64,000 nt of DNA from Candidatus Latescibacterota bacterium (GTDB lineage Bacteria > Latescibacterota > UBA2968 > UBA8231). Where the stretch lies: contig OZ242214.1 in NCBI GenBank assembly GCA_965206595.1, positions 1,024,001 through 1,088,000 on the forward strand. Direction: 5' to 3'. The notes beneath the pieces were generated by a model that was given only the letters and a program-made list of their open reading frames with translations, did no database searches and was not told the origin of the DNA. Positions within the stretch are counted from its first letter, which is position 1; every line of letters starts with the position of its first letter. The position numbers and the translations under genes were made by a program. This document shows positions 35,987 through 44,478 of the stretch, piece after piece.

Positions 35987-38761
35987 ATGGCCCTCGATCC
36001 CTGGTACAAGGTTGTGACCCTTCGCAAGGAAGTGCGCGAGGGCCGCTCGTTCAGCCCGGACGAGTTCGCCATCGCCCTCGAACAGGTGCTCTCCAGAACC
36101 GCGCCCGAAGACTACAGCGACCCGGCCCAGTTCTTTTCGCGCACCTGTTTCACGCGGGCGTTGAAGGAGCACGCCGGCATGGTGCTCCGGCGCCTCGCCG
36201 GCGAGTCCGGGAACACGGCACCGGTCCTGACGCTGATCACCCAGTTCGGCGGCGGCAAGACGCATACCCTTACCGCGCTCTACCACCTGGCACAGGCCGG
36301 CGCAGACGCCTCCAAATACTCCGGGGTGGCCGATCTCCTGAAGGAGGCCGGGATGGCGGAAGCCCCCGCCGCCAGGGTCGGGGTATTCGTGGGCAATGCC
36401 TGGGACCCGTCCGAGGGCCGGGAAACCCCCTGGATCGATCTGGCCCGGCAGCTGGCAGGCGACGACGGCGTCGCCGCCCTGGGATCCGCGGCGCGGACCA
36501 CCCCCCCGGGAACCGAGGCGTTGGCCAAGGTGTGCGCTGCGGCGCAGGCCCCGGTGCTGCTGCTCTTCGACGAGGTGCTCAACTTCGTCAACCGCCACCG
36601 AGTCATGGCCGAGAGCTTCCACGCTTTTCTGCAGAACCTGACCGTCGCCGTCACCGGTACCACCCGGGCCGCCGCGGTCATCAGCCTTCCTCGCAGTCAG
36701 GTCGAAATGACCGACTGGGACCAGCAGTGGCAGGAACGGATAACCAAGGTGGTCCGACGCGTCGCCCGCGATCTGATCGCCAACGACGAGTCCGAGATCA
36801 GCGAGGTGGTCCGCCGCCGGCTCTTCGAGGATCTCGGCAACCCGCGCGTTCGCAGGAAGGTCGGCAAGGCCTACGCGGACTGGTGCTTTGAGCGTACGCC
36901 ACAACTCCCGGCCGAATGGCTCGCCGTCGACACCGCGGCGACGGAGGCCAAGGCAAGGGAATTCCTCAGGGGCCGGTTCGAGGCCAGCTATCCCTTGCAT
37001 CCGGCGACCCTGTCGGTTTTCCAACGCAAGTGGCGCGCCCTTCCCCAGTTTCAGCAGACCCGTGGAGCACTGGCCATGCTGGCGCAATGGATCTCATGGG
37101 CCGCCCGCGAGCAATTCGGAAAGGCGCGAACCGAGCCGCTGATCACCCTGGGATCGGCTCCCCTGGACGTGGCTGAATTCCGGGCGGTGGTCCTTGGACA
37201 GCTGGGCGAGACGCGGCTCGACGTGGCCGTAGAAGCCGATCTTGCAGGACCGATGGCGCATGCGAAGGCTCTGGATGCGGACGCGACCGGGGCTCTTCGC
37301 GACATCCATCGCCGGGTGGGCACGACCATTCTGTTCGAGTCCTCCGGGGGTCAGGTGGACAAGGAGGCTCATCTGCCGGAATTGCGCTTTGCCCTCGGCG
37401 AGCCCGAGGTCGACACAACCACCATCGACAACGCCGCCACAGCCCTGGAGAAATCGGGGTTCTTCATTCGCAGGGTCGGGACAGACGGCTATCGCATCCA
37501 TCATCAGGCGACGTTGAAGAAGGTCGTCAGCGATCGGCGGGCTTCCCTCGATGAAGAGACGGAGATCAAGCCTAGCATCCGCAAGCTCGTTGAAGGGGAG
37601 TTCAAACGCGGGGCAACCATTCCCGTGGTCTTCTTCCCGGAGGACAGCGCCGCGGTCCAGGATTCTCCACGCCTTGCGGTTATCGTCCTCGACCCCGAGG
37701 CGGAGTGGAGGGATGGCGACCAAGTGGTCGAGAGCATTGGCGATTGGACGAAGGAACGGGGCAAGTCTCCACGCCTCTACCCGGGCTCGCTGGTCTGGTG
37801 CGCCAGAAAACCCGGGCGGGAGCTCCGCGAGAAGGCCGAGCTGTGGCTCGCTTGGCAGCGGGTTGAACGGGAAGTGGCCGAAGGAGTCCTCGGCACCGAA
37901 TACGACCGCGCCGATCGCTCGGAGGTCCATGCCCGGGTTCGGGATTCCGAGGAAGCGGCCAGGGAGGAGGTATGGGCCGGATACCGCTTCGTAGCCCTCG
38001 CCGATTCCCAGGAGAGACACGGGCTCAAGGTCGTCGATCTGGGGGCAGGCCATGCCAGCGCTGGCCAGACGCTCTGCGGGCGGATCATCGGCGCGTTGAA
38101 GGCCGAGGCCCTGCTCAACGAGAATGTGGGTGCCGGTTATATCGACCGAAACTGGCCGCCGGCTTTCAAAGAGACCGGGGCTTGGCCCCTCACAAGTTTG
38201 CGCCAGAGCTTTCTCGACAGCTCGTTGACGAGGTTGGTCGACCCGGACGCGACCCTTCGGCGGCAGATCGTCGAGTTCGTGTCGAAGGGGGATTTCGGTC
38301 TGGCTTCAGGTACCAAGAACGGCGGTTTCGAACGGCTGTGGTACGCCGAGCAGGTAGGCCCGGAAGAAGCGGCGTTTGAACCAAGTGTTTTTCTGCTTAC
38401 CAGGGACAAAGCCAGGCAACTCAAAACGTCCCCCGGAGACCCGCCGCCGCCACAGCCGGGGCCGGCCCCAGGCCCGGGTCCGGAACCGCCTCCGGAACAG
38501 TCTCAAACGGAAACTGGTCCCGCGCCGGGTCCGGTCACTCGAAAAACGTCGCTCAGGCTGTCCGGGACCGTACCCTCGGAAGTCTGGAATCTCCTGGGGC
38601 GCAGACTCCTGCCCAAGCTGCGGTCCGGGGACGACCTCAGCGTAGGTATTGATTTTTCGGTCAGCGTCGGCTCGCAGTTTGCCCAGAACATGGAGACGGA
38701 GCTGCGGCAGATTCTCGATGATCTCGAGCTGGGCGACCGGGTCCGGGTCGAACGGTCGTAG
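35987..38761 (+). CDS. DUF499 AAA+ ATPase, HmaC-like
   Basis: PWYKVVTLRKEV, TQFGGGKTH, LLFDE, VVRRRLFE, YPLHP, FQQTRGAL; RBS GGAG. Confidence 0.9.
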   Translation: MALDPWYKVVTLRKEVREGRSFSPDEFAIALEQVLSRTAPEDYSDPAQFFSRTCFTRALKEHAGMVLRRLAGESGNTAPVLTLITQFGGGKTHTLTALYHLAQAGADASKYSGVADLLKEAGMAEAPAARVGVFVGNAWDPSEGRETPWIDLARQLAGDDGVAALGSAARTTPPGTEALAKVCAAAQAPVLLLFDEVLNFVNRHRVMAESFHAFLQNLTVAVTGTTRAAAVISLPRSQVEMTDWDQQWQERITKVVRRVARDLIANDESEISEVVRRRLFEDLGNPRVRRKVGKAYADWCFERTPQLPAEWLAVDTAATEAKAREFLRGRFEASYPLHPATLSVFQRKWRALPQFQQTRGALAMLAQWISWAAREQFGKARTEPLITLGSAPLDVAEFRAVVLGQLGETRLDVAVEADLAGPMAHAKALDADATGALRDIHRRVGTTILFESSGGQVDKEAHLPELRFALGEPEVDTTTIDNAATALEKSGFFIRRVGTDGYRIHHQATLKKVVSDRRASLDEETEIKPSIRKLVEGEFKRGATIPVVFFPEDSAAVQDSPRLAVIVLDPEAEWRDGDQVVESIGDWTKERGKSPRLYPGSLVWCARKPGRELREKAELWLAWQRVEREVAEGVLGTEYDRADRSEVHARVRDSEEAAREEVWAGYRFVALADSQERHGLKVVDLGAGHASAGQTLCGRIIGALKAEALLNENVGAGYIDRNWPPAFKETGAWPLTSLRQSFLDSSLTRLVDPDATLRRQIVEFVSKGDFGLASGTKNGGFERLWYAEQVGPEEAAFEPSVFLLTRDKARQLKTSPGDPPPPQPGPAPGPGPEPPPEQSQTETGPAPGPVTRKTSLRLSGTVPSEVWNLLGRRLLPKLRSGDDLSVGIDFSVSVGSQFAQNMETELRQILDDLELGDRVRVERS

Positions 38762-38797
38762 TGGTGTCGAGGCAATGCCTGCCTGGGCCAGTCTCGT

Positions 38798-38842
38798 GGA
38801 GCTGCCGGCGGAGAATCCGCAGGTCCCGAGCTACTACATATA
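38798..38842 (+). repeat. Right copy of the 45-bp direct repeat (displaced 3' end of the small ORF)
   Basis: GGAGCTGCCGGCGGAGAATCCGCAGGTCCCGAGCTACTACATATA, encoding ELPAENPQVPSYYI. Confidence 0.85.
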
Positions 38843-38845
38843 GCC

Positions 38846-39748
38846 TTACCCGCGGTTCCCGCCGGCCCGCTTTCGCAGCTCTCCAAGGCGCCGCGAAAGC
38901 TTCTCCATCTCCTCCTCTATCAGGCGGATCTCGTCGCCGACGCTGATCTCGCCGTCGCGCTCGAGGTGCCGGCGCCGTTCCTCCGCCTCCTTTTCCGCCT
39001 CGGCCTCCGACATCGAGTTGATGATCACGCCGATGAACAGGTTGAGCATGATCATCGTTCCCAGCAGCACGAAGGAGACGAAGAAGGCCGCCCCGAGAAG
39101 CGGCCGGCCGCGCGAGGCTTCGCGCAGGTGGGCCTGGGCGAAGTCGCCGTAGTTCGGGTAGGCGTCGCTGCCGTACATCTGGATGTACATCACGTCGGTC
39201 CAGTCCTCGAGGGTCACCACCCGGAAGAGGGTGAGCAGGGCCGTCGACAGGTCCTGGAAGTGGACGGGGTCGTTGCCGCGGAACAGGAAAATTCCCATCA
39301 CCGCGTAGACGTAGAACAGCACCGCGAGCAGCAGGCCGACATAGCCCAGGGAGGGGATCGACTTGAGAAGCGAGCCGACCAGGAGCTGCAGCTTCGGCAC
39401 CGCGGTCACCAGCCGCAGGGCGCGCAGCACCCGCGCCAGCCGCAGCACCGCGGCGTACGGTCCCCCGACCGGCAGGAAGCAGACGACGACGATCAGGAAG
39501 TCGAAGACGTTCCAGGGGTCGGCGAAGTAGCGGTACCAGCGGCTCCCGTGGCGGGCGATCTTGAGCGCCGCCTCGACGGCGAAGATCCCCAGGACCAGTG
39601 CGTTGAGCCGGTGCAACAGGTCTCCGTGGGCCTCGACCAGGTCCCGCGAGGTTTCCAGCCCGACCAGCAGGGCGGCGAGCACGATTACCGCGAGGACTCC
39701 GTGCTGGAACCTGTCGGAGTCTACCAGTCTACCCAGCCGATCCGTCAC
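38846..39748 (-). CDS. Bacterial voltage-gated Na+/Ca2+ channel (Ion_trans)
   Basis: WNVFDF, S4 LRLARVLRALRL, filter TLEDWTD, LNLFIGVI, C-terminal coiled coil. Confidence 0.9.
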   Translation of the reverse strand: MTDRLGRLVDSDRFQHGVLAVIVLAALLVGLETSRDLVEAHGDLLHRLNALVLGIFAVEAALKIARHGSRWYRYFADPWNVFDFLIVVVCFLPVGGPYAAVLRLARVLRALRLVTAVPKLQLLVGSLLKSIPSLGYVGLLLAVLFYVYAVMGIFLFRGNDPVHFQDLSTALLTLFRVVTLEDWTDVMYIQMYGSDAYPNYGDFAQAHLREASRGRPLLGAAFFVSFVLLGTMIMLNLFIGVIINSMSEAEAEKEAEERRRHLERDGEISVGDEIRLIEEEMEKLSRRLGELRKRAGGNRG

Positions 39749-39828
39749 CTGTCTCCAATCTTTTTTGCGCCATCAGGAAAAGCGACCGGCCCCATGTGGC
39801 CGAAGCGAGGGGCCACAGCCCTGCCCGA

Positions 39829-40875
39829 CTACAGCTGCTCCGCCAGCTCGCGCAGCAGCCGTTCGTTTTCCGCGTCGGTGCCGACCGATATCCTCAGGCA
39901 GTCGCGCAGGCGCGGCTCGCTGAACCAGCGCACCAGGATGCGGCGCTCCTTGAGGCCCAGGTACAGCTCCTCGGCCGGGGGGGACTCGATGCGCGCGAGC
40001 ACGAAGTTGGCCTCCGAGTCCCATACCCGGAAGCCGAGACCGCGCAGCGCTTCCGTCAGCCGCTGCCGCGTTCTCCTGACGCGCGCGGCGTTGGCCCGCA
40101 TCTCCTCGATGGCGTCGAGAGCCGGGGCCGCGGCGGCCTGGGACAGGGCGTTCATGTTGTAGTGGTCGAGCACCTTGCGGATTCCGGCGATCAGGTCGGG
40201 CGGGCCGAAGCAGAAACCGATGCGCAGGGCGGCCAGCGAGAACGACTTCGACATCGTGCGGGTCACCAGGAGGTTGGGGTAGCGCTCCACCAGGTCGATG
40301 CAGCCGCCGTCGGAGAAATCGACGTACGCCTCGTCGACCAGGAGCACGCCCCGGGTGCGTCTCGCCATCTCCTCGACCGCGCCGGGGGCGACCGCGGTCC
40401 CCGTGGGAGAGTTGGGGTTGGCCAGCAGGGTCAGGCGGGCGTCGGCGGGGGGAAAGCCGGCGGGGATCCCGAAGTCGTCGTCGAGGTCGCAGCGGACCGC
40501 AACGGCGTTCTGCAGGTCGATCAGCTTCTGGTAGTAGGGGTAGGTGGGGAAGGGGATCGCCACCGGCTGTCCGGGGCCGGCGAAGCAGCGCAGGGCGGCG
40601 TTGAGCAGCTCGTCCGAGCCGTTCCCCATGACGATCTGTTCGGCGGGCAGACCGAACCTCTCCGACAGCTTGGCGAGCACGGCGACGGCGTCCGGGTCGG
40701 GATAGCGCTGCAGGTTGCCGTCGCAGGCCGCCCGTAGCGCCGCGATAACCCGGTCCGACGGCGGATAGGGGTTTTCGTTCGTGTTGAGCTTGAGGAACTC
40801 CCCGTCTCCGGGCTGCTCGCCAGGGACGTACCCCTCCATGCTGCGGATGTGCGGAAGGAACGGATCGGGTGGCAC
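39829..40875 (-). CDS. hisC: Histidinol-phosphate aminotransferase
   Basis: YVPGEQP, KLNTNENPYPPS, GNGSDE, NPNSPTG, DEAYVDF, RTMSKSFSLAALRIG. Confidence 0.92.
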   Translation of the reverse strand: MPPDPFLPHIRSMEGYVPGEQPGDGEFLKLNTNENPYPPSDRVIAALRAACDGNLQRYPDPDAVAVLAKLSERFGLPAEQIVMGNGSDELLNAALRCFAGPGQPVAIPFPTYPYYQKLIDLQNAVAVRCDLDDDFGIPAGFPPADARLTLLANPNSPTGTAVAPGAVEEMARRTRGVLLVDEAYVDFSDGGCIDLVERYPNLLVTRTMSKSFSLAALRIGFCFGPPDLIAGIRKVLDHYNMNALSQAAAAPALDAIEEMRANAARVRRTRQRLTEALRGLGFRVWDSEANFVLARIESPPAEELYLGLKERRILVRWFSEPRLRDCLRISVGTDAENERLLRELAEQL

Positions 40876-40957
40876 GGTTCGCGTATCGACTGATGAAGGG
40901 GCGGAAAGGAGCAGGGCCCGGGTGCGGGGAAGTGGCGTCGGCGGTCTGGAGCCGGCC

Positions 40958-43189
40958 TCAGGCCGGGGGCAGGTCCGGGTCGTCAACGCGCGTGACCTCG
41001 TTGATTCCCTCGAGCTTGGAAAGCCCCTTGATCATCGACTGCAACTGGCGCGCGTCGGTTACGTCGAGCTCGAACTTCCCCACGACCCGGTGCAGCCGTG
41101 TGTGGCTTGCGGCGCTGCGGATGTTGGCGCCGGCCTCGCTGATCACCCGGGTTATCTCCGTCAGCAGGTAGGTGCGGTCGGTTCCGGTGATGCCCAGCTG
41201 CACGTGGAACGACTGCTCCTCGTCGACGTCCCACTCCATCACTGTGACGCGGTCCGGGTCCTCCGCTACGTCGGCCATGTTGGGGCAGTCGGTGCGGTGG
41301 ACGGTGATCCCCCGCCCCTTCGTTATCAGGCCGACGATGCGGTCTCCGGGAATCGGGGAGCAGCATTTCCCGAAGTGGATCATCATGTTGTCCAGGCCCT
41401 GGATGCGAATCCCGCTCAGGTCGCGGAACAGCGGGCGGATGCGCCGCTTGGGACGCTTCGGCACGAGGCGGTTGACGACTCCGCTCACCGACAGTTCGCC
41501 GCTGCCGACCGCGGCGTAGAGATGCTCGCTGCCGGCCAGCCCCAGCTCTTCGGCGAGTTCGTCGAGCGACTCGCTGCGCACGGAGTGGCGGTACTTCTTG
41601 AGCTCCCGCTCGAGGATTTCCTGCCCAAGGCGCACCCCGTGGGAGAACCTCTCCTCGCGCAGCCAGCGGCCGATCCAGTGGCGCGCCTTGCCGGTCTTGA
41701 CCATGTCGAGCCAGCTGCTGGTAGGGTGCTGGTGCTGCGAGCTGATGATCTGGACCGAATCGCCGCTGTGGAGCTCGGTTCCGAGCGGCACGATCTGCCC
41801 GTTGACCTTCGCCGTCAGGCAGTGGAGGCCGATGTCGGTGTGCACGGCGAAGGCGAAATCGATGGTCGTCGCCCCCCTGGGCAACTGCAGCAGGTCGCCC
41901 TCCGGGGTGAACACGTAGATCTCGTCCCGGTAGAGCTCGACCTTGAGGTTCTCGAGGAACTCCATCGGGTCGGCGGCTTCCCGCTGCCAGTCGAGCACCT
42001 GACGCAGCCAGCCGATGCGCTGGTCGTTTTCGACCTCCGTCGGCTGTCCGGACTTGTAGCGCCAGTGAGCGGCGATGCCGATCTCGGCGGTCTGGTGCAT
42101 CTCCCGGGTGCGGATCTGGACCTCCACCGGGCGTCCGTCCGGTCCCACCACCGAGGTGTGCAGGGATTGGTACATGTTGGTCTTGGGCGTGGCGATGTAG
42201 TCCTTGAAACGGTCTGAGATCGGCACGTACAGGCTGTGCACGAGGCCTAGCGTCGTGTAGCAGTCGCGCACCGACTCGACGAGAATGCGCACGGCGCTGA
42301 GGTCGTAGATCTCCTGGAAGGTCGTTCCCTGCGTCCTCATCTTGTTATAGATGCTGTAGAAGTGCTTCGGCCGGCCGGTGATCTCGGCGTCGATCCCGGT
42401 CTTGGCGAGGTCGGCCTCGATCGGGGCCTTGAACTCTTCGATGTAGACCTCGCGCTGCTCCCTCTTCATCGCCACCTGCCGCCGGATGTCGACGTACATC
42501 TCCGCGTCGAGGTACTTGAGACTCAGATCCTCGAGCTCCCGGCTGATGCGGGCGAGACCGAGCCGGTAGGCCAGCGGGGCGTACACGTCGACGGTCTCGC
42601 GGGAGATCCTTCTCTGCTGCTCGGCGTCGACGTGGTCGAGGGTGCGCATGTTGTGCAGCCGGTCGGCGAACTTGACGAGGATCACCCGCAGGTCCTCGAC
42701 CATCGACAGCAGCATCTTGCGGTACGATTCCGCCTGGCGGGCTTCACGGCTCTGGTACTGGAAGCGCTCGATCTTGGTCACCCCGTCGGTGAGGGCGGCG
42801 ATCTTGGGGCTGAACTCCCCCGCGACCTCCTCCAGGGTGACCGAGGTGTCTTCGAGCACGTCGTGCAGCAACCCGGAGGCCACCGTCGTCGAATCGAGGC
42901 GGAGCTGCGCGAGGATGCGGGCGACCTCGACGCAGTGCTGCATGAAAGGGCGCCCCGACATGCGGGTCTGGCCGGCGTGCTTGTCGCTGGCGTAGCGGTA
43001 GGCGCGCGCGATCAGATCGAAATCCGCCTGCTCGTTGATGGAGGCGACCTCGATCAGCAGCATCTGGAGTTCGAGCTCGCTCGTCTCTTCGAGGACCTCG
43101 TCGAGACTGCGCAGCCGGTGCGTCGCCGCGGCCGGGGCCCCGTTCCCGGCGGACTCGGGGGTTTTTGCGATTTCGGTCAGTTCGCTCAT
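40958..43189 (-). CDS. rel: Bifunctional (p)ppGpp synthetase/hydrolase (RelA/SpoT)
   Basis: LLHDVLED, KFADRLHNMRTL, YQSLHT, EVQIRT, TGS domain (DFAFAVHT), CCSPIPGD, ACT domain. Confidence 0.95.
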   Translation of the reverse strand: MSELTEIAKTPESAGNGAPAAATHRLRSLDEVLEETSELELQMLLIEVASINEQADFDLIARAYRYASDKHAGQTRMSGRPFMQHCVEVARILAQLRLDSTTVASGLLHDVLEDTSVTLEEVAGEFSPKIAALTDGVTKIERFQYQSREARQAESYRKMLLSMVEDLRVILVKFADRLHNMRTLDHVDAEQQRRISRETVDVYAPLAYRLGLARISRELEDLSLKYLDAEMYVDIRRQVAMKREQREVYIEEFKAPIEADLAKTGIDAEITGRPKHFYSIYNKMRTQGTTFQEIYDLSAVRILVESVRDCYTTLGLVHSLYVPISDRFKDYIATPKTNMYQSLHTSVVGPDGRPVEVQIRTREMHQTAEIGIAAHWRYKSGQPTEVENDQRIGWLRQVLDWQREAADPMEFLENLKVELYRDEIYVFTPEGDLLQLPRGATTIDFAFAVHTDIGLHCLTAKVNGQIVPLGTELHSGDSVQIISSQHQHPTSSWLDMVKTGKARHWIGRWLREERFSHGVRLGQEILERELKKYRHSVRSESLDELAEELGLAGSEHLYAAVGSGELSVSGVVNRLVPKRPKRRIRPLFRDLSGIRIQGLDNMMIHFGKCCSPIPGDRIVGLITKGRGITVHRTDCPNMADVAEDPDRVTVMEWDVDEEQSFHVQLGITGTDRTYLLTEITRVISEAGANIRSAASHTRLHRVVGKFELDVTDARQLQSMIKGLSKLEGINEVTRVDDPDLPPA

Positions 43190-43375
43190 TCAATCTTTCC
43201 GTCGACCCTCAATATACCGAACCGAGGTCCCCCGACAAAGGGGGAAGTATCGCATAATGAACAGGAACAACAGGTTACGCCGCCCGTGAGCACAGGAGAT
43301 GGAATGGACCGCAAGGCTCCGCCCGTACATTATTCCGAGCGCGGATCACAGCCATTACCGGGTAAGCTGCCGAGT

Positions 43376-43777
43376 ATGCGAGACTGGTTCGAACTGAGGA
43401 GGATACTGACCGCCGGGGACGTCGCCCTGATGCTGGCCGTCGCCGCCGGGGCCTTGCTGGCGGCGTGGCGGCAGCCGCCGGCTGTCCAGGCGGCTTTCGC
43501 CCTGGTCGAGGTCGAAGGCAGGGAGGTGGCGGTCTATCCGCTGGCCAGCGACGGGAAGCACGTCCTGGAGGGCTGCAGCGGGGAGGTGGTGATCGAAATC
43601 CGCGATGGCGCCGCCCGTTTCGCCGAAGCCGGGTGCCGCAACCGGATCTGCGTCCTCACCGGGTGGATCGGGCGGCCCGGGGAGATCGCCGCCTGCGTGC
43701 CGAACGGGATGGTGCTGCTGCTGCGCGGGGAGGGGCCCACCAGGCGGCCTGGCGGCGTCGACGCCTTCAGCGGCTGA
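43376..43777 (+). CDS. NusG domain II-like (DUF1312) membrane-anchored protein
   Basis: N-terminal TM helix; CRNRICVLTGWI..PGEIAACVPN. Confidence 0.8.
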   Translation: MRDWFELRRILTAGDVALMLAVAAGALLAAWRQPPAVQAAFALVEVEGREVAVYPLASDGKHVLEGCSGEVVIEIRDGAARFAEAGCRNRICVLTGWIGRPGEIAACVPNGMVLLLRGEGPTRRPGGVDAFSG

Positions 43778-43790
43778 GCGGGTGCCCTCG

Positions 43791-44294
43791 ATGTCCGCCA
43801 GAGAGCTGACGCGGCTCGGCCTGCTCGCCGGCGCCGGCCTGATCCTCTTCCTGCTGGAGGCCGTGGCGCCCCGGCCCCTCCCGTGGATGAAGCTGGGGCT
43901 CGGGAACCTGCCCGTCGTCGTCGCCCTCGACCTCTTCGGGGGCGGGGCGGCCATCGCGGTCGCCGTGGTGAAGATCTTTGCCGGCGGCCTGGTCAGCGGC
44001 GGTTTCGCCAGTCCGGCTTTCGCCATCGGCGGCGGGGCGGGAATCGCCAGCGTCGCCGCCATGGCCCTGGCCAAACGGGTGGCTCCGGGTCTTTTCAGTC
44101 TGGTAGGTCTCAGCGTTCTCGGAGCGGTCACCCACCAGCTGACCCAGCTGCTGATCGCCCGTGTCTATCTCAATCACCCCGGCCTGCTCAACTTCCTGCC
44201 GCTGTTCATGCTCACGGGGCTGGTCAGCGGCTTAGCGATCGGCATGATCGCCCACTGCTGCGCCGCCCGGCTGCGCCGTCTCGACTGGAGCTGA
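43791..44294 (+). CDS. Gx transporter family (Hpre_diP_synt_I-like) membrane protein
   Basis: LEAVAPRPLPWMKLGLGN, GLSVLGAVTHQLTQL; usual partner of the NusG_II gene. Confidence 0.82.
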   Translation: MSARELTRLGLLAGAGLILFLLEAVAPRPLPWMKLGLGNLPVVVALDLFGGGAAIAVAVVKIFAGGLVSGGFASPAFAIGGGAGIASVAAMALAKRVAPGLFSLVGLSVLGAVTHQLTQLLIARVYLNHPGLLNFLPLFMLTGLVSGLAIGMIAHCCAARLRRLDWS

Positions 44295-44478
44295 CGGTGC
44301 CGGAGGCACGGGCTGCGGATTCGTTAGCGATTGCCAGAAAGGATTAATCTCCTTTATTTGTGCGGTTGAGCCGGCGCAGAAATCCGAATCCCGAGCGGCA
44401 TCTGACCGAAAGATCGGCAACGCTCCACAACCTCCGCGTTCGTTCGCAAGGCCTCCGACAAACCATCTTCCCAAGCGC

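Larger units (their letters stand above)
23019..38797 (+). mobile_element. Defence island (Hma-like system with embedded cargo), no integrase
   Basis: Flanking 45-bp direct repeats; all genes on the + strand and of defence-associated families. Confidence 0.75.

Noticed and set aside
38439-38535. GC-rich CCG repeats in the DUF499 gene
   Set aside because: They encode an ordinary Pro/Gly linker and are not a separate element
43247-43275. GTATCGCATAATG looks like a XerC arm of dif
   Set aside because: No TTATGTTAAAT-like XerD arm follows
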